Source: Octopus bimaculoides (lineage: Eukaryota). Taken from it: a stretch of DNA of 64,000 nucleotides. Both the position numbers and the translations under genes were made by a program. The notes below the pieces were generated by a model. The model was not told where the DNA came from. It made no database searches and worked only from the letters and a program-made list of their open reading frames with translations. Of this stretch, positions 50,510 through 63,698 are shown piece after piece. Numbering within the stretch: position 1 is the first letter of the stretch; the number at the start of each line of letters is the position of its first letter. The DNA lies in contig NC_068983.1 of NCBI RefSeq assembly GCF_001194135.2, positions 36,014,150-36,078,149 of the forward strand. Direction: 5' to 3'.

Positions 50510-51110
50510 AGTTATCAGGAGAATGGGAAGGTAGATGTGACAGTATTGACTTCAGACTTAGCAGGAACCTTTTCAAAATCAGAAAGCTGCAGGCTAGTTT
50601 GTTAAGCTGTACATTCAGGACCCCCAGAAGATCTTTTCAGATCACAAGAATCAATACCTCCAGCATTAACTCTACATTACATGGGTGGGTTTGACATTTC
50701 ATGTACATGTTGGACTTGTGTTTTCATCATAGGATCCACTAAAGCTAACTACAACATGGAATTGGTTGGAAGACCAAAGAAATGGTTCAAAGACTTCTTT
50801 GAGAAGAAACTACATCAACCCTTCAAGAGTGGAAGATCACACTACATGTTGCCTGTTTTGAAAGTTTCACTGTCGAAAGTTGCGGTGGGAGTTGAAGAAA
50901 AGAGGGAGAAATGCATTCATTTAAATCCATCAGGAAATGCAAGAAGAGTTTTGTGCACACAGTTACACCTGGACTTTTCCAATCATTTACATGTATAGTC
51001 ATCAAAAAATCAACAAATGAAAGAGATGGCCATCATCAGATTCTGCAGACAACCATAAGCAAAGAGAAAGAGCAGTATTGATTCTGAACAGCCTTAAGCA
51101 GAGCAAAGGA
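50510..51110 (+). mobile_element. Decayed LINE 3' fragment
   Basis: ELVGRPKKWFKD...EEKREK resembles the RTE C-terminal GRPKKR(W/F)KD motif. Confidence 0.5.
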
Positions 51111-51217
51111 GAGAGTAACTATACTTGTGTAGTGATTGTCATTAATGTTTTCAATAAGTATATATAATTTATATCTTATTATGTATAAGTAATTTTTATT
51201 TCATGTTGTCTTTTCAG

Positions 51218-51328
51218 TGTGATTATCAGAAATGAAAGTTAAGAAATGTTATAAAAATTTTGTACAGAAAAACTGTGACGATATTGGAAATTCTCAATAA
51301 AAGGAATGTAACTCAACCAGGAAATATA
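51218..51328 (+). other. Probable non-coding 5' UTR exon of CENP-H containing upstream ORFs
   Basis: Acceptor TTGTCTTTTCAG| at 51217 and donor ATA|GTAAGA at 51329; all three ATGs meet stops inside the exon. Confidence 0.55.
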
Positions 51329-54043
51329 GTAAGAAAATATTCTTTATTTCTTCTATTAGAAAACCATTTTTATGTTAGTCATCATTACTAAATACCCTGC
51401 ATCTTTTGGTATTATTCAAAGTACAGTACTCCTTTGACTATCGCAGGTGTTACATTCCAAAACCTCCCACAGAAATGATTAAAATCTAAAAAATACAAAT
51501 ACCTATTGGCCGCAGAAACTCTGATATACTAAGAAGTCCACAATATAAATTTACATAAATTAGCCCGAAAAATCTGCGATGTATTGAGTGCGTGATAGGT
51601 GAACCATGACATACTGAGTGCGCTATCGGTGAACTGCGATATGGCAAGAGATTACTGTATAGTGAAACTACTTTCAGGTAAATAAGTGGAGGATGTAGCT
51701 TATAAACTGATCAATTTTAAAATGTTTTCATTATATATGTATAATTACAGTGCCTGTATAGAGTCTCTATAAAGACAATCTTTAAAGCTGGTTGCCTTAG
51801 TAAAAGCCTATAAATACTTAAAGCAATATTGGGACCATTTTGATAGTTTTGTTTCCATGTGATTGAATTGAACTTGATAGGTGTTCCATTAGAGTGCTTT
51901 CTTATTGTCCATGACAAAAATTTCAGTTCAATATTGCAAAGTCCATGAGGCATAAATTATGGGTATAAAACATTTTTGGAACAGCTGTTTTGGTGTCTGA
52001 TGCAATGCTGACTTGCTTTGACATCAAACATTTCCATGTTTTTCTTGTTTTAATGTTTCTCTGGTTTTCCCTCTTTTTCTCTTTATGTATGCAAGCATAT
52101 TCCTCTTTACATATGAAGAGAGGGCAAGTGTTTATCTCAATTGTATTCAGTTAATAAATTGCAATGTCTATATGTGTATGTTTCTGCACATGCATGTGTG
52201 TGTATATGTTTGACTCCAACGCCAAATAGTACTGCTACCAAAAACAGGTTCAATGTCCAGTCTGTTGTGCCAGATTGTCAGCATCCAAACAGTTATGCCT
52301 AATCATCTCATTCAAATAAATTATACAGGCGCAGGCGTGGCTGTGTGGTAAGAAGCTTGCTTCCCGACCACACGGTTCCGGGTTCAGTTCCACTGCATGG
52401 CACCTTGGGCAAGTCTCTTCTACTATAGCCTTAGGCTGACCAAAGCTTTGTGAGTGGATTTGGTAGGCAGAAACTGAAAGAAATCTGTTATATATATATG
52501 TCTGTGTGTATTTGTGTGTTTGTCCCCCCACTATCGCTTCTCAACCGCTGTTGGTGTGTATGTCCCTGTAACTTAGCAGGTCAGCAAAAGAGAGCAATAG
52601 AATAAGTACCAGGCTTACAAAGAATAAGTCCAGGGATCGATTTCTTCGACTAAAAGGTGATGCTCCAACATGGCCAGTCAAAATGAGTGAAACAACTAAA
52701 AGAATGAAAGTGCTATTTCTATCTAACTAGACTCCATGGTACATACCATGTTAAATTAAACCTTTATGTTTGTAGTAAAGGTACCTTTACCGGTATCAGC
52801 GATGAGTTACAAATTGCTGATCCTTTTGATGCTAGGCCAAAAGCTACAACTTAAAATGAATGTCCACTCTTAATTCAGAAATGTATTTCTGCAGTTAGCA
52901 ATGATTTCCAATAGAAAAAAATAGTTTACTTTAATTTCTTTCGAGCATTGGGCCTCATGGAGGCAAAGTGGCTGTGTTTCTTTTGAAAGGATCCCACGGA
53001 GGCGAGGTGGTTGAATTCCTTTCGAGTGTTGGGCCTCATGAGGCAAAGTGGCCAAGTTCCTTTCGAGCATTGGACCTCAAAGAGGCAATGATCAAAACCT
53101 TTGGCATTATGTGGTGCTTGAAAAGGAGACCCATCAAGCTGAGCAAATTCGCAGTTGTGGCAGATACTGGTGTCACGCAAATTGGCACATAAAAGCACCC
53201 ATTAAATTCTTGGAGTGGTTGGCCAAATCAGACTGGATTCTGGTGCAGCCTTCCCGCATGCCAAACTGTCAAATTGTCCAACCCATGCCAGCATGGACAA
53301 CGGGTGTTGAATGATGATGGTGATGATAATGAATTCCTATAAATGTTACAATTAAAAAAATTTCACTCTGCCTTACAGAATTCAAATTTTCAGAGTGAGT
53401 CCACAAATATTTGTGGAAAACTGTAAAGACTGATAATGATAAGTGCCAACAGCAGGGCATATAAAGCCATTTTGAAAAATGTGGAGAATTGTGGGGTAAT
53501 TTTGAGGAAATTGAGAATGTTTGAAAACTTGGTTTACTTGGAATACTAAACTGAGATATTTTTGCTGTACTGTAGAGCTGGTACTGCAGTGGTTGTAAAC
53601 ACAAGAAGTTCATAATTTTTATCAATTTTATACATCGATGCCAGTACTGCCTGACTGGCTCTCGTACCAGTGGAACATAAAAGCACCATTCGAGTGTAGT
53701 CGATGCCAGTGTTGCTTGACTGGCTCTCGTGCCAGTGACACATAAAAAGCACCCACTACACTCTTGGAGTGGTTGGTGTTAGGAAGGGCATCCAGCTGTA
53801 GAAACATTGCTAGATCAGATTGGAGCCTGGTGTAGCCTTTTGGCTTGCCAGTCCTGTCAAACCATCCAACCCATGCCAGCATGGGCAATGGACATTAAAT
53901 GGTGATGAGGACATTGTTACAGCTTATAATTAATATAGTTTAATTTTTTAATGCTGTTTCTAATTTAATATGTCTGAGTTTTCCTTAATTTGAAAATATT
54001 AGTGGTCCTCTTCTCTAAGGGGTTAAATATTATTTAACTCTAG

Positions 54044-54339
54044 TATACACATTTGAAGCAGTATTTAATTAAAATTGCCAGTTACTACAGTATCTGTCCT
54101 GTGATAACATCTTTTAGGAATGTGCAGCATTAAAAGTATAATAAATATCAGAGCAAGAAGAAAATTCATCCTTGCAGCAGCCAGCAAGAATGCTAGATGC
54201 ATTCTGACATTTTGGTGGCTGGCGTTTTCACTTTTTATCTCTCTCTCCCTAATATTTATTGTGTTTTTAACACAGCACATCCATAAGAGATGTTATCTCA
54301 GGGCAAATACAGCAGTAACTGGCCTATCAACTGTGTATA
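54044..54339. repeat. ~300-bp degenerate foldback, probably a TA-bounded MITE
   Basis: GCCAGTTACTACAGTATCTGTCCTGTGATAACATCTTTTAGGAATGTGC pairs with GCACATCCATAAGAGATGTTATCTCAGGGCAAATACAGCAGTAACTGGC; centre GAATGC-TAGAT-GCATTC. Confidence 0.8.
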
Positions 54340-54417
54340 TACATTAAGTATGATATATAGATGGCTATTATTTAACTATGTCTTTTGTTTTGTTTTTTAG
54401 GTTTTCTGCTTACAATT

Positions 54418-56224
54418 ATGTCTGAATCATCTGCTAACAAGGTTTTTTCTGAAAAAGATAAAGAACTGTTTAATGAAAATGATTTAGAGAAGTTATTAGT
54501 CATCAAATCCTCATTACGTAATCGACTGAAAGATGAAAAACTCTCTGAAAAAGCAGGTATTTGTAAATATTTACTAGTTTTTACTTTGGTTTTCTGCATT
54601 ATCATCGTTTAATGTCTATTTTCCTTCTATGCTTGCATGGGTTAGATGGAATTTGGTGAGGTAAGTGTTATACAACTGGGTCCCCTTTCAGTCATCAACC
54701 CTCACCTGTAATATTTTTCCATGGCCAGACATGGCTGATGCTGGTGTCACGTAACTGGCACCTGTATCGGTGACACATAAAATGCACCTTTCAAGCATTG
54801 GGCCTCACAGAGGCAAGGTGGCCTATGCCAGTGGCATGTGAAAAGCACTTTTCATGTGACGAATGACTGAGACCTTTGGCATTATGCTGTACTTGAGAAG
54901 AAAACCCATCAAGCCAAGTAAAATTGCAGTTGTGGCAGATACTGGTGTCATGCAAAAGGCACCCAAGCCGGTGGCACACAAAAGCACTTGTTACACTCTC
55001 AGAGTGACTGGTGTTAGAAAAGGCATCCAACCGTAGATACCATGCCAAACCAGACTGGAGTTTAGGCAATCACTCATCTGCGATGTAGGAATCTATCCTA
55101 TATCATTGATTTAGCAATCATGACATAGGAATCAAATCACCTTTGGTAATTAGACAGTCCAGAGCAAGCAGTGCCTTTCTTAGTGGCACACAACATTTAC
55201 TATAACAAGGAACAAACCTATGACCAAGTGCTTGGTAGTCCTGTAGTTTAATCTCAATCATTATACCTCCTCATCACCATCATTCTCATCATCATCAAAT
55301 GTCCTTGACATGGTTTCTAGTACCAATTACCTTAGAGAAGTGGTTCCCAAAGTGGGTGGTATTGATCCCCTGGGGGCAGTGGAAAGATCCATGGGGACAT
55401 TGAAGAAAAGTGGGATGATAATGGGGTGGCCAAAATAGGGTGATAGATGTAAAAAAAAATATTAATAGGTTAATTAGGTTTAAGTTTTATTTGTGAAATA
55501 CTGTTGTTTTGAATTTGCTGCAGAAAGTGGTCTATATTTGTAGTGGGGAGGGTTAGGCATCACTAGGAATACGACCTGGATGCCAAGGGGGCAGCAGCCC
55601 AAAAAAGTTGGGGAACCATTGCTTTAGAATGTAAACTAGGTGCATTTTTTTGTGCCAACAGCTCTAATGAAGTTGCCATGCAAATTTCAACATCATGCCC
55701 ACCTCCTGAGTAGGGAGGGGTCATATTTCTTGATATTTTTTAAAATCATAACTGGTTTATATATTGCTTAAAGAAAAACAATTTTTCTTTTGTAGAAGCG
55801 TCTGTATTAGAACCAGAAGCAGAATCTAAGTAAGTGTGGTCTGTAAAATTTTTTTTATTGTTTTCATTTTGTTAACGGTTACACCAAGGCCAACCTTGCC
55901 TTTCCTCTTTTTGAATTCGATGATGAAATAAGTACCGGTTAAGCACTGGGTCAATGTAATCCTCGAGCCCCTCTCTCCAAAATTTCAGGCCTTGTACCTA
56001 TAGTAGAAAAGATTATTATTATTGGTGGTGGTGGATTATCAGAATTGAAAAATAATGCTCTGCAGTATTTCTTTTGGTTCTTTATATTATGAATTTAAAT
56101 CTGACCATGGTCAAATTTCATCCTGTCGAGGTCAGTGAGATAAAGTACCTGTTATGTAGTAGGGTTGATGTAATCATTTAACCGTTTTTCTCCAAATTGT
56201 TAGCCTTATGCCTAAATTAGAAAC

Positions 56225-56256
<32 letters not shown>

Positions 56257-59200
56257 GATAAGATAGCAAGCTGGAAGAATCGTTAGCATGTGAGGCAGAA
56301 TGCTTTACAGCATTTTGTCCATCTGTACAGTCTTGAGTTCAAATTCTGCTGAGATTGACTTTGCCGTTCATCCTTTCGGGATTGATAAAATAAGTACCAG
56401 TTGAGCGCTGGGGCTGATGTAGTCGACTTACACCTGAATTTGCTGGCATTGTGTCAAAATTTGAAACCTGTTATTTATTATTGGTGATTTAATAGAATTG
56501 TTAATGTCAAAATTGGAAAATTAAAAACCTTATGATATTTGTTCTTTACATTTAGCATGTACATTCGGGGGGGGGGGGGTTTCAATGTTAATCAAAAAAC
56601 TTTCTGGCCTTGTATCTTTATTAGAAACAATTATTATAGCATATGACTTTAATATATGGCAGTGTAATTCTCCTAAAATACATCATTAATCAAGCTTATT
56701 TGATTGAGAAATAATTGAAATAAAAGTGAATTATATTGTCAAACTTTATTTTTTAGAATCAGTGAATTGATAAAAGAAGTCACCTTACAGACTTGTAGAG
56801 AATCACGAAGGAAGCTGATGATAGAAAGGTGAGCTTTACTCTTAAAATTACCTTTCAAGGTTATGTTTTGTCTTTTATCATTGTTGTCGATCTCACCTCC
56901 CTGCAGGACAGTCCTCATTATTCAGCTTGATTTGGAAGAAATTTGACTGTTATTATTACTAACTCGCAAAGATGGTGAGCTGGCAGAATTGTTAGCACAC
57001 CAGGCGAAATGTTTCATGGTATTTCATCCATCTTTATATTCTGAGTTCAAATTCTACCAAGGTCGACTTGTCTTTCATCCTTTCGCGGTTGATTAAATAA
57101 GTACCAGTTATGCACTGGGAGTTGATGTAACCAACTCCCACAAGCTGCCCATGTGGCAAAAATTTAAAACCATTATTACTAACTTGTAAAAAGGTTCTTT
57201 ATTGGTTCATATTACTATTTTGTTGTTTTCTGTTTATGCAACACTCCTCTATATTATTAGTTACTGACATCCATCTCTCTTTCATCATCATCATTGTTTA
57301 ATGCTGGCATGGGTTGGGCGGTTTGACTGAGGTCTGGAGAGCCAGCAGCTGCACCAGGTTCCAATCTGATCTGGCAATGTTTCTACAGCTCATTAATCTC
57401 TAAACACTTCACCGACTCCTCTTTCTAATACACTTAGTTCTCCACAAAATCATTCCATCTTTAATCTCCTTTCTGTCAACACCCCAAATGTAAAATTCTT
57501 CCCTGAAGACGGAGGCTAGTATTATCTGATGATAGAATCAATTTACAGTCATTATTTTGGACCACCAAGCCCCAAGAAACAGCTGTTGGACTTGTAATAC
57601 TCTTTTTCGACCCCTTTAATTCCTGATATCTTTTCTAGTCTAGCATGGATAACAGACGTTAAATGATGATAATGAGGATTTAACTTGTATTTTTCAGATT
57701 GCAAATTAGTCAGGTATTGATTGAAAATCTCTTTGAGAAAGATGAATCCACTGATCTCCAAGTTAGGTAAGCTTGAAATATATTTGTCTGAATAAATGCA
57801 TATCTGTTTTCTCTCTCCCTCTCTTTTCATAAATATATTTTATGATGAATTTAATCCCTTTTGAAACAAATGTTTAATATTCATTTGTTGTCTTTGTAGC
57901 AAAGAATTAGAATCATTTTTGGAAACACAACGTAAACTATCGGTAGATATTCTGAAAAAACATAAGGTAATTTTGTTTTTAGCTCTGAATTTTTTTTTCT
58001 TCAGGTGTTTCTTCTGTTATCATCTTCATCATTTAAAATGTCTGTTTTCCATGCTGGCATGGGTTGGACAGTTTGGCAGGAACTGGCCAGCTGGAGAGCT
58101 GCATCAGGCTCCAATTTTTTGTGGCTGGATACCCTTCCTAATGCCAACCACTTTTACAGAGTGTACTGGTTGCTTTTTATGTGGCACCAGCATGGTAATG
58201 ATCTGTTTGCAGGAAGCATAAATTATGTTTTGTTGCAGTGTAGATATCCATTTTTATATTCTTGGCCGATTTGTTCTTTATTGAATGCAATCTAGAATGA
58301 ATCTTGCATTTTTTATACCAGGCGTTTGTGATGTGTTTTTCTGATGAACTATTTTACTGACATCAACAGCATTCTGGAATATCATTGTTGGCAAAACAAG
58401 TCTCAATCAAAATATTGGGCTGATTTAATTGATGGGAGCCCTCCTCTAAAAATGTGGCCTGGGTTGTATTAAATAGTTGAAGGAACTAAATGCTGTTTCC
58501 CCTACTCTCAAAGATGTGCAGAAGCACTTTTGCAAGTGTCATGCAAAAAGCACAGTATACTCTGTAAAGTGGTAGACATTAAGAAGGGTACATATTATCA
58601 TCATCATGCGTCTGTTGGCATGGGTTCGACGGTTTGACTGGGTTGGCATACTGCACCAGACTCCCGTCTGATTTGGTATGGTTTTCTATGGGTGGATGCC
58701 AACCACTCTGAGAGTGTAATGGGTGCTTTTACGTGCCACCGGCATGACACCCGGGTGCGTTTGTATATATACATAGAGAAATATGCTATTATTAATAATA
58801 ATAATATTAGTGGCCAAAGCGTGAACCGAACAGGCAAGTTTAAAAATACCAACTTTGCTATAAATAGGAGTGAAATATACTCTAATGAGCATCCAGCCTT
58901 AGAAACCATGCCAAAACAGACATTTAGAGCCTGGGTAGCTCTCCAACTAGTCAGCTTGTGTCAAACCATCCAGCCCATGCCAGCATGGGAAACAGACGTA
59001 TGATGATGATGTATTTGAGAAAGGCACCGATATCCACTTTGTTGCAAGCTTTTGGGTCAGCTCTGCGGTTTGTAGGGACCTCCTTCCCTTTGACCAATCT
59101 CGGAAACTTTGTAAAGGGTCATAGACACTGCAATCCTCTGCTGACGAAATTTAAAAAAAGACAAAAACCCCTGCCAAGTTAGTTATTTCATACTGTTACC

Positions 59201-60988
59201 TCCACACTCGCCATTATTCTTCTTGTCACCCATACTGTGTTCCACTGCCCGAGTCCTTGACTAACCATTATTTCTTTCCTCATTCCCATTGTATAACAGC
59301 TCAACAGAATTCCTTTTCAGTCCACAATTTATTCTGTAAACATCAACTTTAACCAGTTTCAGATTAAGCTTAAACAAATCCTGTTATGGTGATTGATAAG
59401 CTGGACTATTAATCTAATGGAGATATTTAATGTTTTACTGTGTTATTGTTTCGTAAGAAACTATATCAGAGTACATAGTCCACTTATCTGTAAATGAGTG
59501 ACCCAGTGATGGATTGGTGTTCCATTCAGGGGGAATGTTGGCTTGCCCTAAAGCTAAGAAAGGAAGTGTATTGTGATCAGCAGTGTATAACAATATGCAG
59601 TAGTCTGGTTGATATATGAATATATTCAATCTTGACAACTCAAAAATAACTTTAAATTCAGTCATCACTATGGTAACTGAATTCATTCAAATGATTGTTT
59701 CACCCAAGCTCTATTTTTCATGCTGTTTTTCTAGCCAATCACTGTTTTTCTGTTTTCTTTCCCAACTGTGCTGTTTTTCAGCCAAGCTGTTTTTATGCTG
59801 TTTTCCAGCCAAGCTGATTTTAATGCTGTTTTTTTTTTCTGGTTTATTTAAAGCCAAGTTCTGTTTTTATGCTGTTTTTCTGTTGTTTTTTTTTCAGCCA
59901 AGCTCTGTTTTTCATGCTTCTTTATTGTTGTGTTAAAACATGGTATGCCCAATAATATTGTATTTAGTTAATTATGCAGTGGAATTGAATAAGATTTCTG
60001 AATAATATTTATATGACATTTCTACAGGCACTGACTAACTTTCAGTCTAAAGTCGATCAAATGAAAGTTGAGAACTTAAGTAAGTGAACTTTTTTTTTTT
60101 AAATCTTGATTCTGGCTGTAACTATGCATCAAACGTAAATTAAGCCAATAGTACATTGTGAAAACTAATCTAGAATTGATATTTATTAGTGCAAAGGCAA
60201 CAAGCTGGCAGAATTGTTAGCACACCAGGCAAAATGGTCAGTGACATTTTGTCCATCTTTGCATTCTGAGTTCAAATGCTGATGTAGACTTTGCCTTTCG
60301 TTCTTTCGGGGTCAGTAAAATAAGTACCAGTTATACACTAAAGTTGATGTAATAGATTTACTCATTCCCCTGAAATTGCTGGTTGGCGTTAGGAAGGGCA
60401 TCCAGCTGCAGAAACATTGCCAGATCAGATTGGAGCCTGGTGCAGCCACTGGCTCTCCAGACATCAGTTAAACTGTCCAACCCATGCCAGCATGGAAAAT
60501 GGACGTTAAACAATGATGAAGTTAGGGGTTGATTCATTTGGCTAAAATTCCTTAGGGTGGTGCCCCAGCATGGCCACAGTCTAATGATAGAAACAAATAA
60601 AAGAATAAAATGTAAATGAAATTTTCAACAAATGCCCTTCTTTTTTCTTCAGGAAACATTGCTCAGAATCGTGAATTAATGATCTTTCTGGAACCTACAA
60701 ATCAAAATTTAAAAGCTGTTGTTGAGAAATACAATTCAAAATCACAAGAAAGCAGGTAAATTGACTTTGTTATGTAAACACATTTGTTTTGTTACCTATA
60801 TCTGTTTAATAAAAAAACTAAAATGATTGATTCAAAATTTCAGGTTTCTGGAAGAGTTAGCCAAACTAAAGAAAGAGAACAGGGCTTTCCAATATATTCT
60901 CCAAAGCTTAATTGCAGGAAGCAGTGTTGATTGGGCTGATGATCCAGAATTACTTTCTGTTATGTTAAGGGCTGGTAAAGAGCTTTGA
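54418..60988 (+). CDS. CENPH: Centromere protein H-like (CCAN subunit), complete, 226 aa
   Basis: GT-AG exons 54418-54556, 55796-55829, 56757-56828, 57698-57766, 57900-57966, 60028-60079, 60653-60755, 60844-60988 total 681 nt in one open frame. The protein is coiled-coil-like and ends AFQYILQSLIAGSSVDWADDPELLSVMLRAGKEL*, matching the recalled CENP-H C-terminal signature (human VFQNLILGSKVNWAEDPALKEIVLQLEK). AATAAA at 61272. Confidence 0.85.
55338..55621. mobile_element. hAT-type MITE
   Basis: TIR AAGTGGTTCCCAAA / GGGAACCATTG, with a degenerate 8-bp TSD CCTTAGAG / CTTTAGAA. Confidence 0.7.
59700..59930. repeat. Degenerate T-rich minisatellite in CENP-H intron
   Basis: About 6-7 copies of an AGCCAAGCT(C)TGTTTTTATGCTGTTTT-like unit. 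Confidence 0.7.
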
Positions 60989-61990
60989 CTCGAAAAAAAG
61001 ACAGTAAAGTGAATTATTAATTAATGAAAAAAAATTTGAAATTTTTAACGAAAAGATTTTATTTGGTTACATTTTGAGCCCATTATGGGCTAAACTGTAC
61101 ACCAGGATTGTTGGATAATCTACTGGTATGGTCCAATATTCTACAATACCGTTGATATCCTAAGGGGATTGAGATCTTTGGTTTGTGGTAGCAGTGATGA
61201 GGATATTCCTGGAGGGATGACTGAAAACTCATTCAACTAAAAATTCATAATTCATTCAAAGTTGTTTTTAAAATAAAAATGTCATTAAAATTCAAATTTA
61301 AATATATATTTTTGCTATAATATAAAAAAAAAAGATTTTTTTTTTAAATAAATGTTCACGGTGTGAGATGATAGAGTTGAGTTTTGATCTCCAGTGAGCG
61401 CGAAATTTGATATCTGTGCCTAAACCATTGATTGCAGAATATATCACAGTTTGGGATGAGTTATCGTAACCTGAAATAAAAGATTTAAAAAATTTCAATT
61501 CACATGATTACATCAAGATTTAAACAGTAAATTACATTTGGTCTTCAAGATAGCCTAGTCATATCTCTCCATTTATCTGTCTAGCATCTTGAGAGAGTCA
61601 TTATGCACTGTTACTATTTCACTTCTTTATTTTATTAGTCAATTTTGTTAACTAATTGTCTAATCGTTTGATTTGGTTGATCAATTTATCAGTTAGGTTT
61701 GTCAAAGACCTTTCTGTTTGACAGATAGACCTGAAGAAGAATTGGAACAGAGGGCTTGTCATTGAAGAGGTCGTGAATGGCAATGAAAAGACGTTGACAA
61801 ACATAACTGATTGATCAAGTAACCAACTGATTCATCGATTAGTTAATTGGATAAGTAGTTAACCAACTAACATATGTGAAATGAGGAAGTAAATAGAACC
61901 AGTGTGTGTTTCATGCTGGCATAATGACCTTCCCAAGATACATAAAATGTTTCAAACACCAAGAATCTTGCAAACCGAATACAAAAATGG

Positions 61991-62021
<31 letters not shown>

Positions 62022-62409
62022 CTAAAGGTTCATTAAATTCATATGATCAGTCATATTTCTGAAGATTCAGTATTATAATGAAACTTGTGTACCATTATTG
62101 TCCATCTTAGATTATCATATCATGGAACTGTGCAATTATAACTGAACTATATCTGCAAAAATTACCATTTCATTGACCACATATATGGAACAGCTGAATC
62201 ATTATCATCATTTAACGCCCACATTTCCGTGCTTGCTTGGGTCAAATGGAGTTTATTGAGACTGATTTTTCTATGGCCAGACATTGCCAACCTTTACCTG
62301 TTTCCAAACAAGGTAATAGTTCCTTTTGGCCAGATATGTTTTCATAGAAAAGTGGAAATAAATGACATTTGCAACTACTATGCCATATCAAGACAAGGAG
62401 ATATAAACA

Positions 62410-62675
62410 GACACACACACATATGCATGTGTGTGTGTGTATATATATATATATACACATACACATGCATGTATATATATATATATATATATACACATAC
62501 ACATGCATGTATATATATATATATATATATACACATATGCATGTATATATATACACATATGCATGTATATATATACACGTATGCATGTATNNNNNNNNNN
62601 NNNNNNNNNNNNNNNNNNNNNNNNNNNNNNNNNNNNNNNNNNNNNNNNNNNNNNNNNNNNNNNACACACATATGC

Positions 62676-62719
<44 letters not shown>

Positions 62720-62745
62720 GCATGTGTATATATATATATGTGTAG
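62410..62745. repeat. Compound (TA)n/(CA)n/ATGCAT microsatellite around an N gap (62591-62663)
   Basis: Directly visible. Other gaps at 2172-2520 and 38950-39356 are also flanked by dinucleotide repeats. Confidence 0.95.
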
Positions 62746-63400
62746 TCGATAGCTTCCGCTATCTGGGCGACCAAGTTAGTAGTAGGGGTGGGTGCACTGA
62801 AAGTGTAGCTGCTAGAATAAGAATAGCCTGAGCAAAGTTTAGAGAGCTCTTACCCCTGCTGGCGGCAAAGGGACTCTCACTCAGAGTAAAAGGCAGACTG
62901 TATGACGCATGTGTACGAACAGCCATGCTACATGGCAGTGAAACATGGGCTGTAACTGCTGAGGACATACGTAAGCTCGCAAGGAATGAAGCCAGTATGC
63001 TCCGTTGGATGTGTAATGTCAATGTGAATACCCGTCAGAGTGTAAGTATCTTGAGAGAAAAGCTGAACATTAGAAGCATCAGTTGTGGTGTGCAAGAGAG
63101 ACGATTGCGCTGGTATGGACATGTGGTGAGAATAGCTGCGTGAAAAAGTGCCACACCCTAACAGTTGAGGGAACCCGTGGAAGAGGTAGGCCCAGGAAGA
63201 CCTGGGCTGAAGTGGTGAGGCAAGACCTTCGTACATTGGGCCTCACCGAGGCGATGACTACTGACCGAGACCTTTGGAAATGTGCTGTGCGTGAGAAGAC
63301 CCGGCAAGCCAAGTAAGATCGTTGCCAGTGCCCCTGGACTGGCTCTTGTGCGGGTGGCACATAAGATGCATCATTTTGAGCGTGACCCTTGCCAGTACCG
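62740..63400 (+). mobile_element. RTE-clade LINE, 3' end of ORF2 plus start of the 3' UTR
   Basis: DSFRYLGDQVSSRGGC...AARIRIA, MLHGSETWAVT, RRLRWYGHVVR and [45 protein letters not shown], followed by UTR repeat units. Confidence 0.92.
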
Positions 63401-63698
63401 CCTGGAAGATGTTTGTAAGCCATTTAAGAACACACAAAAAACTGTTAATTTCACTTCAACATTTAAATTTAATTTGTATCAAAATATTTCCGTCAGTTTG
63501 ACTTTGTGCTGCATCTGTAGATACATCACAGACAAAACTTCATGTGGCATCTGTAGATGCATCACAAAGTTTTGTCAGGGAACAGATCACGGCTTCAAAG
63601 CAATAAAAATATTTTGACACAAATTAAATTTAAATGTTGAAGTGAAACTAACAGTGTTTTGTGTGTTCTTAAATGGCTTACAAACATCTTCCATGCTG
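63398..63698. mobile_element. Tc1/mariner-type MITE with ~90-bp TIRs
   Basis: TGGAAGATGTTTGTAAGCCATTTAAGAACACAC...AAATATTT mirrored at 63607-63693; TA-bounded on the right. Confidence 0.85.
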
